A DNA stretch of 63,749 nt, filler included, from Octopus bimaculoides (taxonomy: Eukaryota), in NCBI RefSeq assembly GCF_001194135.2. It is 5 parts of 5 records of this genome, joined end to end, with 100 filler letters (N's around TTAATTAATTAA, not from the genome) between each part and the next. Parts side by side here need not be neighbours in the genome. Positions count along the whole stretch, not along the records: positions 40,645 to 56,400 come from NC_068986.1; positions 56,501 to 63,749 come from NC_068996.1; 3 more parts are not named here. One strand, given 5' to 3'. How positions within the stretch are numbered: the stretch's first letter is position 1; each line of letters begins with the position of its first letter. This document shows, in pieces, positions 49,661 through 62,466 of this stretch. The notes under the pieces were generated by a model, which worked only from the letters and a program-made list of their open reading frames with translations, searched no databases and was not told the DNA's origin. The translations under genes and the position numbers were made by a program.

Positions 49661-52094
49661 TATAGCAGTTGTATGTAATGAGCTCTCTGCAATAAGGGAT
49701 GGCAAAAATCTCAATCTTCTCGATTTCGTTTCTTTTTTCTCATTCTAATTTTTGCACGAAAATACTTTACGTTTTTTCCACATGTTTTTCTTATTTTCTC
49801 GCCGTCCATTTTCCTTGTTTTTTAAATAATATAGGCGCATAAACATAGGTCGTATGATTGATTTGAGATATATCACATATTTTATAAATATGCTTGTTCA
49901 AGTATCACAAAAGCATGGAACTATTAGTAGTTCTCTCGTTTGTACATTAAATTCAAATATATATGTGTATACACGTATGTATTGAAAGAGAGAAGGAAGT
50001 TGGGCATTAGTCTATATTAGTCCATCCGCCTATATAATGAAGAATTTTATATATGCAAATACGTTTTCTCATATGAACTGATTGTGTGAATAACTCTGTA
50101 TGTATACATATGGTCTCTATTTACACATATTCGTTTTACTGATTCTATAACATTTGAAGTATTTTGAAATACATATCGGAATTTTCATTTTAAGCAACAG
50201 CATTCAATAAAACATTTTGGCTCGAACAATGTAAGTATTGAAATTGTAAAATTTGCACTTGTTTGGTCGCAAGAATTGCATATTTGTAATGTGGTCTCAT
50301 AAATCAGAATAACATTTTATTGTGAATGTGATTTAGCCGTCTTAATATTCCTCGTCATTTATACTTTCATTATTTGCATTGAATAGGTGTATTTCAAGAA
50401 CGTTCATTACTTTTTAATTTAATTACATTATTCCCAAACTAACAGTGTACTTGTAAAGTGTTGCTTGAAGTTTAGATCTAATTTAATTATCTTTACAAAT
50501 ACTAAATTCAGATTGAATGTTTCAAGAATATTGACAAGGATGTATAGCAAGCGCCATAAGAGCGTGTGTAGTTACCGTCAATATTCAAATGAATGGTTTT
50601 ATTAATCGATTATTGAAATTCTTGTCCTATGAATGAGATGGTTATTCTAGAAATGGTTATTCTAGAAACGATTTTATGAAGTTGCACTTACTTTAATCAA
50701 ATAAATCCCTAACCACTTTGATATCGAAGTTGTAAGATTACAGTTGTGAGGTCTAAGTAGTAACAGTAATATAGTAATTTGAAAACGTTTATTGGAATTT
50801 TATTTCCGTTTATTTTCCGTATCATCATTAGATGGCCTTAGAAATTTATCTTTGTGTTGTAAATCTGAGGCACTAGGTTCTAAATAACTAAGTGTAATTC
50901 ATTATTTATCAGATACATTGGTGTATAAAGCAGTATGAATTTATGCTGTTATTTTCCAAATTTATCTTCTTACCGAAATTCGTATACAATGTCATTACAT
51001 CACACATAATCTGTTCGGGTTCCTTGTGTACAAGAAATGATTTTTTAGGTACTTATAATTCTATTGCATATTATATTTCAAAATGCATGCTAAAAGAATG
51101 ATCCTATTACCATTGTGTAACATCAGCTTCCATATTTTAATGCCGAGCAGTGAGTATAAACATCGTGAGACATTCAACGAACAGCGAATCTTCCGTTTAT
51201 GTGAATGTGATTGCTCATTGTGAAATTTACACAACCTCCACTATTTCTGTGTCCAATTTCATGATTCTTAGTATTTTCAAAGCGTGAAATTTACTACGAG
51301 ATTGAAATTTAAATTGCAATACCTAAATCGGTTAATGAAGCTTCACCGTTCTTACCCGATCTTCAATGAATAGCTACCATTAATCACCTACACCCTACCC
51401 CGCTCTCTAAAAATGTGATAGGCACAACGTATAATCTTATATAAGATAAGCCTGAAAAGGTAGGGACAATTACGGTTGGATTGGCATTAATGACAGAAAT
51501 TTCTAATCGAATGATTTTAATGTCAGGACTGCTCAATGAGGTCTGACATGGTGCTAATCAGTAATAACTACTTATTGGCTTTAGGCTGATTTCGTGTCTT
51601 CACGACTAAAACTTATATTATTTGCTAAAGTGGTTTGATATAAGTATTTGGTGCTGAGATGAAACTCTCTCAATGTTCCGAGCATTATAAATTGGTTGAA
51701 CAATGTTTCATGAAATAAATAATTAAGATCTGTTTTTTGCAGTTTAATGCTGCGATATATGTGTAGGAGAAACAACGGAACTACATCTACCACACTGTTA
51801 TATTTGCAAGCAGGCTTATATATATTTAATATTGAGTCGGCAAAGTGTCGTCTTATCTATTTTACGTGGAATATTTCTCACATGGTGAACATTATTACAC
51901 AGCGACGCTTTTGAAGAAAACTTTAATAGAGATAACAGTTAAAGGTCAAACATATTGTGACCTCATTTAGAAGATAGTACACATAACACTTCAATTAACT
52001 GAGATCGTCTTAGCAATTAAAAGACAAACCGATCCTATATGCATACTTCAAATCTAAAAATAATCGCTAGCGTGGTTCGGCTATNNNNNNNNNN

Positions 52095-52136
<42 letters not shown>

Positions 52137-53125
52137 AAAAGCGCATACACAATACGTTATAGAGAAAGGGTGCTAAATACATATATGATAAGCATTCACA
52201 TTTGTAAAGTAATGAGTTGGTAAAGACGACAAAATATCTCCATGTGATGAGTTGGTAAAACTCTTTGTAGTCATGATTAAAAAAAAATAGAGCGATAACT
52301 TTAATAACATCCGCTTTACGACAATATTGAAATTTAAAAGACGTCGGATATAGATGTTAATTTTGTTTTTAAACCGGACTGATAGTAACAAATATATCTC
52401 CGTACTTTCAGAATTACACAGAAAAAGCTTGCACCAGTTACTAAACATAATTCATAAATAATAAAGTTTGAGGTTTGTGTATTTAGCATGCAGAATGATT
52501 CCCTAAATTTCTCTCTTTGAAATATATTATAGATTTTTTCAATACATTGGCAAGTTCAGAAGCAGATGTTTAGTATGATATTCAGAAAGATAGTGGTTGC
52601 CTGACTAACATGTACTGACTGACATAAGTAAACAGCTTGCCTTTATGTCCTGCAGACAATAGCGCAGTAAAATGAATACTGTGAAAATTCTTCAAATTTC
52701 GGTTTAGATATACTGCATATTTTAGCTTCAGAACATTGAAGGAAAACCATAGTGACGTGTTCATAAATCAAATAAAAATATTATGCACTCGATAGTCATG
52801 TAGACATTTCACGTGCAACGAAGTACTAGCCGCATTATATTGTATGTATACACACCTTATCATATTATATGTCGAGTTGTGAACAAAATCAACTGTTGTA
52901 TTTACTTGTTAAAAAACACAGAACGTCTGATCTTTCTCTAATCATTATTGATGATAAACATTTTCAGATAAACAATACAATATAATTAGGTTATGAAATC
53001 ATATTATAAACTTATTTTTCTCCGCAATAAAATTATGAATCGATGATAATTTTATATCAGGTTCGTGGCATTTGAGATTCTTTAGACTGTTGGGTTATGT
53101 CATATAAGTTAGACCTACACACACA

Positions 53126-53202
<77 letters not shown>

Positions 53203-53691
53203 CCACATACATACACACACACATATCGACGAAAACATTCACTGCTGAAAGACACGTACGCTTAAACATTTTACATCCACAAATATAAACGCACATATAC
53301 ACATTTATATATAAATCTATTCATGTCAGTGTCGTTTTGTAAAATACACATGCATGTTTATGCCCACAGAAAAACACAATACACACACATATATAGGCAC
53401 TCATATTCTATGTGCATATATACACATCTGTCTATGAAAGTTTGCATGTAGAAATGTATGTATGTTTGCCTGTATGTATATATGTAAGCAAGCTTGTGTG
53501 TATGTGTATCTATCTTTCTGTCTATCTATCTATGTGTCTATCTGGTTATCGATCAATCTATATATTTATCTATATCTTTCAATCAATCAGTCAATCAATC
53601 ATTCAATCAATCAGACAATCTATCTATCTAACACACACACACACACACGTACATACACGCACACACACGCACACATACACGCGCGCACGCA

Positions 53692-53738
<47 letters not shown>

Positions 53739-53749
53739 GTATGTGCGAC

Positions 53750-53895
53750 AGATTTCCAATCTATTTCGATCATGCGAATTCAGTTTCACGGCATTGATCG
53801 ACTATAGTCGGAAATACTTGAGCAACATCCCACCGCATGGGATTGAAACCGAAATCACGTCGTAGCAAAGGAACCTCTCTAATCATACATCAATG
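53750..53895 (-). mobile_element. Old, diverged SINE-C head
   Basis: Degenerate match to the family C core. Confidence 0.6.
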
Positions 53896-54109
53896 CCTAT
53901 ATCTACGTCAGCTTCTTTCGCAAAATTACTCTGGAGCCAAGAAGTGTGTGTGTATGGCATGTAATATGTGCCATGTATAAAACATCCTGGATTCTTTGGT
54001 TATTTCTGTATGATTGTGTTAAAAAAAAATGTTTGTATACGCATGCATAATTTCTGTACAGTAATGTGTTTAAAAGAATTTTGAGGAGATAATATTATTA
54101 ATTTTGGAT

Positions 54110-54510
54110 GTAAGGAGTTGAGCTTGCCGAATCGACATTACACCGGGCAAAAGGCTTACTGACATTTCGAACGTCCTCACGCTTGCCTTTCATGGTTCGG
54201 GAGCGATAGAATGAGTACCAGTTGAGCACTGGGGTTGATGTAATTGATTAGCTCCTAATCCAAGATTTTAGGAATTGTGCCTATAACAAATAGGGGTATT
54301 AATATTTGATTCGATCTGTCAGAATCGTTAGCTCGTCCTAAAAAATTATTTCCGGTATTTTTTGTTATGTTCTGCGCTGAAATCCTTTCAAATTGCCTAT
54401 CACGGGTTCAGAGATCGATAAAATAAAGTAATGATAAAATGCAGTTGCTCAAGTAATCAACTCGTACACTGCATGCAAAATACCAGTCCTTGCTCCAAAT
54501 TTATTAAGAA
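54110..54510 (+). mobile_element. Two tandem diverged SINE-A copies
   Basis: Head/core/tail motifs twice (about 54110-54295 and 54315-54510). Confidence 0.7.
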
Positions 54511-55182
54511 TAATAAATCTTGGATCTATATGGTGATGCAACTGGTGCATACGTTTGGTCGTTTGTAGCATTGAATATTCGTTTGTGCAATTATACAGAT
54601 ATATAGAGTATAAATTTAGTTGTAGAGTTTCTATTGTGTTTTATTGTTCAGGTGCTTAAGAAAGCTGGAGTTAGTTTTTAGGCGCTTAAGAATGTTGCAC
54701 AACTTATATATATATATATATATNNNNNNNNNNNNNNNNNNNNNNNNNNNNNNNNNNNNNNNNNNNNNNNNNNNNNNNNNNNNNNNNNNNNNNNNNNNNN
54801 NNNNNNNNNNNNNNNNNNNNNNNNNNNNNNNNNNNNNNNNNNNNNNNNNNNNNNNNNNNNNNNNNNNNNNNNNNNNNNNNNNNNNNNNNNNNNNNNNNNN
54901 NNNNNNNNNNNNNNNNNNNNNNNNNNNNNNNNNNNNNNNNNNNNNNNNNNNNNNNNNNNNNNNNNNNNNNNNNNNNNNNNNNNNNNNNNNNNNNNNNNNN
55001 NNNNNNNNNNNNNNNNNNNNNNNNNNNNNNNNNNNNNNNNNNNNNNNNNNNNNNNNNNNNNNNNNNNNNNNNNNNNNNNNNNNNNNNNNNNNNNNNNNNN
55101 NNNNNNNNNNNNNNNNNNNNNNNNNNNNNNNNNNNNNNNNNNNNNNNNNNNNNNNNNNNNNNNNNNNNNNNNNNNNNNNNNN

Positions 55183-55216
<34 letters not shown>

Positions 55217-56444
55217 ACCACTTCACACTTTAGAATAAAAGTCACAGAGAATGTGTTACTGTAAGTATTTAGGACTCATATAATATCAAACGTAAGCATA
55301 TAATATATAAAAATAACTATATAGTTACCACAGGATTCACACACGCAGCTGAAACTACAATTTGAATGACATTCTTGGTATTGATTTCTATGAATGCAAT
55401 TCTCCTGTTAATATGAATAGAATAGTTGTAGGTATTTCCATGCACAACGTCCCTAGATACGTATGGAGAAATCTGAACGAGTTTATTGGTTGCAGATACA
55501 AAAATAGAATAGCTAAAGGAGAATATCTATTAAAAGAAATTATATTTCAAACTAAAATCATTAATTATCCTCGAAATAATTTAAAAGAAACCATTTTAAA
55601 AAATAATCTATGCTCGTGGCATAGATATCTTTCAGTTTTAAAATTTGCTTTTAGCAAATGTTACCTGTTCTTCTTCGTCTTACTATTTACACGTGATTTA
55701 TACATTTTAACGTTCTTGAGACCATCAAATTTCAATTAATTCTCTACTGTGCTAAATCAAACATTAAATTTCGTAGTATTACTAAAATATTTTTAATTAA
55801 TTTCTCTGAATCTGCAGAAGTGTTATAATGCTGATATATTGCCAGACTACTCTAACTTAATTGTTAGAGGAACTAAAGTTAGACAGGCAAAATGTATTCT
55901 TTATGGCACGTTTAGGGCAGAAGATGAAAGGATCAACTTGCCATTGAACACATGTTACTCCGCAATACCATAATATCCAGATAATATTCTTAGAATTCAT
56001 ATATTTTACTTACTAGCTTTTGTCTTTGAAATATCAATTGCTAACGAATCTTTTTTATCCAGTTTGGTACATCAAAATAGTGCTTATTTGTACATTACTT
56101 ATTATTTTTTACTTTTCGGAAAAAATCAAATTTAAAGTACAATGCAAGTTGGTTTCGATAGTGAGCACTTCTGTGGTCGATATATTTAATCTTCTTTTTG
56201 GGTAGGTAGGAGGAAGTAATCTCGTTTGATCTAATTGAATACACTATTTGGAAACAAGTGAAGTTGCTTTTTGACAACAATTCTTATTGGACACCCGGAA
56301 TGTTCGAGCTGAAATAATGGGTATACATACATACATACATATATGCATGCAAACATACATAAGTACGCACGTATATATATATATATATATATATATATAT
56401 NNNNNNNNNNNNNNNNNNNNNNNNNNNNNNNNNNNNNNNNNNNN

Positions 56445-56456
56445 TTAATTAATTAA
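56445..56456. other. Assembly spacer 44N-TTAATTAATTAA-44N
   Basis: Same construct as at 17688. Confidence 0.9.
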
Positions 56457-56500
56457 NNNNNNNNNNNNNNNNNNNNNNNNNNNNNNNNNNNNNNNNNNNN

Positions 56501-56534
<34 letters not shown>

Positions 56535-56547
56535 AATATCTATATAT

Positions 56548-56584
<37 letters not shown>

Positions 56585-56960
56585 CACACACATACATTTA
56601 AACTGAGAGTCAGTGAGGGAGTGAAAGAAATGCCTTAGACAAATATATATATAGATTCGTGTTTTTAAGGAGTGTGGAAGAGAAAAAGGAACAGGCGGTA
56701 GAATCGATGTGTGTGTGTCAGTGTTACTGTTAGTATATTGATATATACATACTTATTTGTATGTGTGTGTATATATATATGTGTGTGTATATATATATAA
56801 GTGTGTGTATGTGTGTGTGTGTGTATCGAGATAGACAGATGATAGACGAAGAGAGGGAGAGAGAAAGAGAAACAAAGAAAATAAGATTAGTCAAAAAAAA
56901 AAGAGAAATTCTTTAAGAGGCAAAAAGGGAAACTTGTGAACAAATCTAAACGCTGGCCGA

Positions 56961-56984
56961 TCACCTTTGACCTATGACTGACCT
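56961..56984 (-). promoter_or_regulatory. Composite nuclear-receptor element: perfect DR5 overlapping a DR1
   Basis: Minus strand AGGTCA-GTCAT-AGGTCA-A-AGGTGA. Motif match only. Confidence 0.35.
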
Positions 56985-57375
56985 TCAACGGTCTGAAGCC
57001 CACAACCTTATTAGTTAACGGACAAACTTCCTCTTGCTCCCTTTCACTCAACCACCTCCCCTATGCCTCTTTATGTGTCCCTTTTTCGCCTTCTATCACT
57101 CTTATATTTTTTTTATTGTTCGTCTTCTTAAATTTTGCTTTTTAGTCTTCCCTCGGATACAGTGTTATCTCCCCTGAGATTTGGTTATTTCAGTTGGGAA
57201 GGACGTAGCATTTTGTTAAATGATACTCAGTAAATTGCTAGAGAAAAACACACACAGAAAACATATACAGAAATACACATACGCAATTACAGAAACTGTA
57301 GCCCTCACATTTGGTTCGTATATGAAGTATATGCGACAGAATAAAATATACACATGCTCATATGCATATACATAC

Positions 57376-57445
<70 letters not shown>

Positions 57446-57529
57446 ATGTATGTATGTATGTATATATACATATGTTAGTGTGTGTGTATATATATGAGCG
57501 TATATATATATGTATGTATGTATGCATGT

Positions 57530-57710
57530 GCTTGCGTGTCTGACAACCGATGGTGGAGTGTTTACGTCCCCGTAACTTAGTGGTTCGACAAAATAAACCG
57601 ATAGAATAAGTACTAGGCTTACAAAGTCCTGGGGTCGACTTGCTCGGCTAAAGGTGGTGCTCCAGCATAGCCACAGTCAAATGACTGAAACAAGTAAAAG
57701 AATAGAAGAA
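57530..57710 (+). mobile_element. SINE-C 3' module
   Basis: TGACAACCGATGG..GGTGGTGCTCCAGCATAGCCACAGTCAAATGACTGAAACAAG. Confidence 0.88.
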
Positions 57711-57794
57711 TATACATATATGCATGTGCATATATATACATACACACACACACATATATACATATACATACGTAATGCATGCATGAACATATAT

Positions 57795-58142
57795 ATTTTT
57801 CATTTTTCATTTTATCTAGTTTCAGCTCATGAGCTGTGGCCATGCTGGGGCACCGCCATTTGGTGTTGCTACACAATTTTACTTCACGAATTTTACTTCA
57901 GGAATTGACATTTGGTGAATGAGAGAGTTTGATGCAGCTGCTCTCATCTGCGCCTCCTGCCGTGAAGTTGGTTCATCTGGGACACCTGACAGGATAAGAT
58001 CCAGCCTTGTCTTGAAGACACCTACATCCACCGCATGCAGGTCTCTCAGGTCCTTCGGGAGGATATTGAAGAGCTGTGGACCTTTGAAACCCAGGCTATT
58101 GCAGTATCTTGTCCTACATCTTGATGGCAAATTTGGAGTCCT
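57795..58142 (-). mobile_element. CR1-type LINE 3' end (ORF2 C-terminus plus 3' UTR)
   Basis: GPQLFNILPKDLRDL..VGVFKTRLDLILSGVPDEP..RAAASNSLIHQ, then a tail GGCGGTGCCCCAGCATGGCCACAGCTCATGAGCTGAAAC and (ATGAAAA)n. Cut by a gap; clade is from motif recall. Confidence 0.85.
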
Positions 58143-58831
58143 NNNNNNNNNNNNNNNNNNNNNNNNNNNNNNNNNNNNNNNNNNNNNNNNNNNNNNNNNN
58201 NNNNNNNNNNNNNNNNNNNNNNNNNNNNNNNNNNNNNNNNNNNNNNNNNNNNNNNNNNNNNNNNNNNNNNNNNNNNNNNNNNNNNNNNNNNNNNNNNNNN
58301 NNNNNNNNNNNNNNNNNNNNNNNNNNNNNNNNNNNNNNNNNNNNNNNNNNNNNNNNNNNNNNNNNNNNNNNNNNNNNNNNNNNNNNNNNNNNNNNNNNNN
58401 NNNNNNNNNNNNNNNNNNNNNNNNNNNNNNNNNNNNNNNNNNNNNNNNNNNNNNNNNNNNNNNNNNNNNNNNNNNNNNNNNNNNNNNNNNNNNNNNNNNN
58501 NNNNNNNNNNNNNNNNNNNNNNNNNNNNNNNNNNNNNNNNNNNNNNNNNNNNNNNNNNNNNNNNNNNNNNNNNNNNNNNNNNNNNNNNNNNNNNNNNNNN
58601 NNNNNNNNNNNNNNNNNNNNNNNNNNNNNNNNNNNNNNNNNNNNNNNNNNNNNNNNNNNNNNNNNNNNNNNNNNNNNNNNNNNNNNNNNNNNNNNNNNNN
58701 NNNNNNNNNNNNNNNNNNNNNNNNNNNNNNNNNNNNNNNNNNNNNNNNNNNNNNNNNNNNNNNNNNNNNNNNNNNNNNNNNNNNNNNNNNNNNNNNNNNN
58801 NNNNNNNNNNNNNNNNNNNNNNNNNNNNNNN

Positions 58832-58938
<107 letters not shown>

Positions 58939-59057
58939 TATGCATACATATATGTATATGAATATATATATACATACATACATACATACATACATACACT
59001 CCAGTGTTTTCTGTTTTCTGTTAATTACTTAATGTTTACAGACAAAAATGCGTGTGC

Positions 59058-59150
<93 letters not shown>

Positions 59151-59215
59151 GATAGATACAGACAGACAGACGACGCAGAGCATACAGCTACGTAGACAGC
59201 AATCAGTTAAATACA

Positions 59216-59333
<118 letters not shown>

Positions 59334-59908
59334 CACATATATATATATATATATGTATGTATGTATGTATCTATACACATAACGTGTATGTTTATATATT
59401 TATACACACACATGCACACACATTATACTCATGCACAGACATGTCTTTTTCTCGAGAGAGATTGTAGAATGAGAAAAGAGTCAGAAATAGAGTGAGACCG
59501 AGAGAGAAAATGTTTATTTGTATATTGTTGTAGGGGTATCGTACAGATTCGATACTTGTACGTGTAGGGTTTTTTGTGTTATTCACAAAATAATATATTT
59601 TGTTCTTGTCATATGTGTATATATATATATATATATGCATATATGCATACACACGTGCGAGTGTATATATATTTCCAACATCTCTTAAGGCGGTGCTGCA
59701 GCATTGCCGTTATCTAATTATGGAAACAAATTTAAAATATATATTAACGGTTGGGTTTTACTTTCATTTAGTAGTCACGTGGTTTCGGGTTTCAATTCCA
59801 TTTTAGATGAGTGTCTGTTACCAAAATCTTGTGAGTAAAGCAATAGTCTTGGAGTGAACAGTTCTTTTGGGGCGAATCTGATTGAAGGAAACTACACCCA
59901 CCCACCCA

Positions 59909-59943
<35 letters not shown>

Positions 59944-60083
59944 TTATGGTGTTTTCGTTTTTCTGCTCATTACTTAATATGCATACAAACAAAAATGTGT
60001 GTGTAGATAGATAGATAGATAGATAGAGAGAGAGATGAACATACAGACGTCAGACGCGCATATACAACTACATAGGCAGTCAT

Positions 60084-60117
<34 letters not shown>

Positions 60118-60569
60118 NNNNNNNNNNNNNNNNNNNNNNNNNNNNNNNNNNNNNNNNNNNNNNNNNNNNNNNNNNNNNNNNNNNNNNNNNNNNNNNNNNN
60201 NNNNNNNNNNNNNNNNNNNNNNNNNNNNNNNNNNNNNNNNNNNNNNNNNNNNNNNNNNNNNNNNNNNNNNNNNNNNNNNNNNNNNNNNNNNNNNNNNNNN
60301 NNNNNNNNNNNNNNNNNNNNNNNNNNNNNNNNNNNNNNNNNNNNNNNNNNNNNNNNNNNNNNNNNNNNNNNNNNNNNNNNNNNNNNNNNNNNNNNNNNNN
60401 NNNNNNNNNNNNNNNNNNNNNNNNNNNNNNNNNNNNNNNNNNNNNNNNNNNNNNNNNNNNNNNNNNNNNNNNNNNNNNNNNNNNNNNNNNNNNNNNNNNN
60501 NNNNNNNNNNNNNNNNNNNNNNNNNNNNNNNNNNNNNNNNNNNNNNNNNNNNNNNNNNNNNNNNNNNTA

Positions 60570-61068
60570 TAAGCCTGGTACTTATTCTACCGGTTTCTTA
60601 TGCCGAACCAGTAAGCTACCTGATATTTACGCACCGATTGTTAAGCGATGTTTGGGGACAAACACAGACATAAAGACACCACAGACAGACAGACAAACAC
60701 ACACACACACACACACATGCGAGGAGTTTCTTTCAGTTTCCGTTCATCAAATCCATTTAGAAAGCCTTGGTCCACTCGGCCTCGCAGTAGGACTGAACCT
60801 GGAATTATGTGTTTGCGGAACAAGCCTCTTACCACACAGCCACATCTATGTGTTTGTGTCTATGTGTCTATGTTTGTTCCTCCCCAGCAGCACTTGACAA
60901 CCGGTGATGGTGTGTTTTTATCCCCGTAAGCTAGAAGGTTCAGCAAATAAGTAACAGGCTTACAAAACGAAAAACAAGTCCTGGGGTTGATTCATTCAAA
61001 TTAAAAATTTTTCAAGGCGGTGCCCCATCATAGCAGCAGTCTAATGTCTGAAACAGGTAAATGATAAA
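60570..61068. mobile_element. SINE-C on the minus strand (60570-60845) back to back with a plus-strand SINE-C 3' module (60850-61068)
   Basis: Family motifs in opposite orientations. Confidence 0.78.
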
Positions 61069-61318
61069 AGATATACGAGGTGGTATTCAATCTCCGTCAT
61101 TCCATTCGACAATTGGTATTCTGTTGTTCGATCAACTGAAAATCCTACAATCTCCTCGGCAGTCTTCCTCTTAGTTTCCTTCTACCCAATTTCATTCACA
61201 AATTATACGTTGTCATGTGGCTATAGAACCACACGATTAGAAGAACCTGGAGCCTCGCGAGTGTACATCAAGCTTCTTCGATATTTGGCGATATTGTGTC
61301 TGATCATGCTTATATAAT

Positions 61319-61612
61319 GCTTAGCCAGGCTCATGGGCCCGGTTTGCCGGTTTCTGTGACGTATGTGACGTATGTGTTCCCCCCAGCTGAACGGGACGCC
61401 AGCCCATCGCAGCGTTACTCAAGAAACAGGAAGAAAGAGTGAGAGAAAGTTGGGGCGAAAGAATACAACAGGGGTCGCAACCACCCATGCGGAAGCCTCG
61501 TGGAGCTTTAGGTGTTTTCGGTCAATAAACACACAACGCTGGGTCTGGGAATCGAAACCGCGACCCTCCGACCGCGAGTCTGCTGCCCTAACCACTGGGC
61601 CATTGCACTTCC
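61319..61612 (-). mobile_element. Chimeric SINE: B-type head and body with D-type tail
   Basis: 61425-61612 matches the SINE-B 5' half; 61319-61420 matches the tail at 12281-12375. Confidence 0.85.
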
Positions 61613-61739
61613 AATGAATAATGTACTCNNNNNNNNNNNNNNNNNNNNNNNNNNNNNNNNNNNNNNNNNNNNNNNNNNNNNNNNNNNNNNNNNNNNNNNN
61701 NNNNNNNNNNNNNNNNNNNNNNNNNNNNNNNNNNNNNNN

Positions 61740-61771
<32 letters not shown>

Positions 61772-61784
61772 TTGATTTGCTGTT

Positions 61785-61930
61785 ATCCTTCTGAACTTTT
61801 ACGTTCTATGCTCAAATTCCACCGAGGTCAGCTTCAATATTCAGTTTTTGGAGCTCAATAAAATAAAGACCATTGATGTGCATGGGGCCGCCCCCTTACT
61901 ATTTCTGGTCTCGTGCTTGTGTCAAAAACC
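61785..61930 (+). mobile_element. Diverged SINE-A
   Basis: CAAATTCCACCGAGGTCAGC.. core and tail remnants. Confidence 0.65.
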
Positions 61931-62418
61931 ATTAGCCAAAAAAGGAGACGTTTTCGGGCCTGTATACTTGACTTATGGGTGAATGATGTTGAACTTAATT
62001 CGAAACTCTAACATGAATGCTAATAAAATATCGCACTCTACGGAAGGTACCCAGAGTCGACAGATTAAACATATATTCGAAACCAAATATTGCTTTCTCT
62101 GATGTCATACGCTCCATCGTTTTTCCAATTCTTCTCATCAAAGATTTGGCGGACATGAATGTACTGTCGAAATTTGCTAAAGGTACTGTGCACTGATATC
62201 GAACCCGAAGCCATGTAATTGCGGAATGAATTGCTAATCCAGTCATGTCTGTCTTTATTTTCACGAAATTCAGTATTATTATTATTGAGAATCTGTTATA
62301 TATTTTTATAATTCTATAATTTATATGTCATTTTCATTTACTGAAATATAACTTGTTGCATTAAAAATATATAATAAATGTGTGTATGTGGATGGGTGTG
62401 TATGTGTACGTGTGTGCG

Positions 62419-62466
<48 letters not shown>

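Noticed and set aside
61080-61310. Possible Tc1 N-terminal remnant
   Set aside because: Similarity is too weak to support by eye.
61995-62264. 89-aa minus-strand ORF
   Set aside because: No recognisable motif or splice context; length is within chance expectation.
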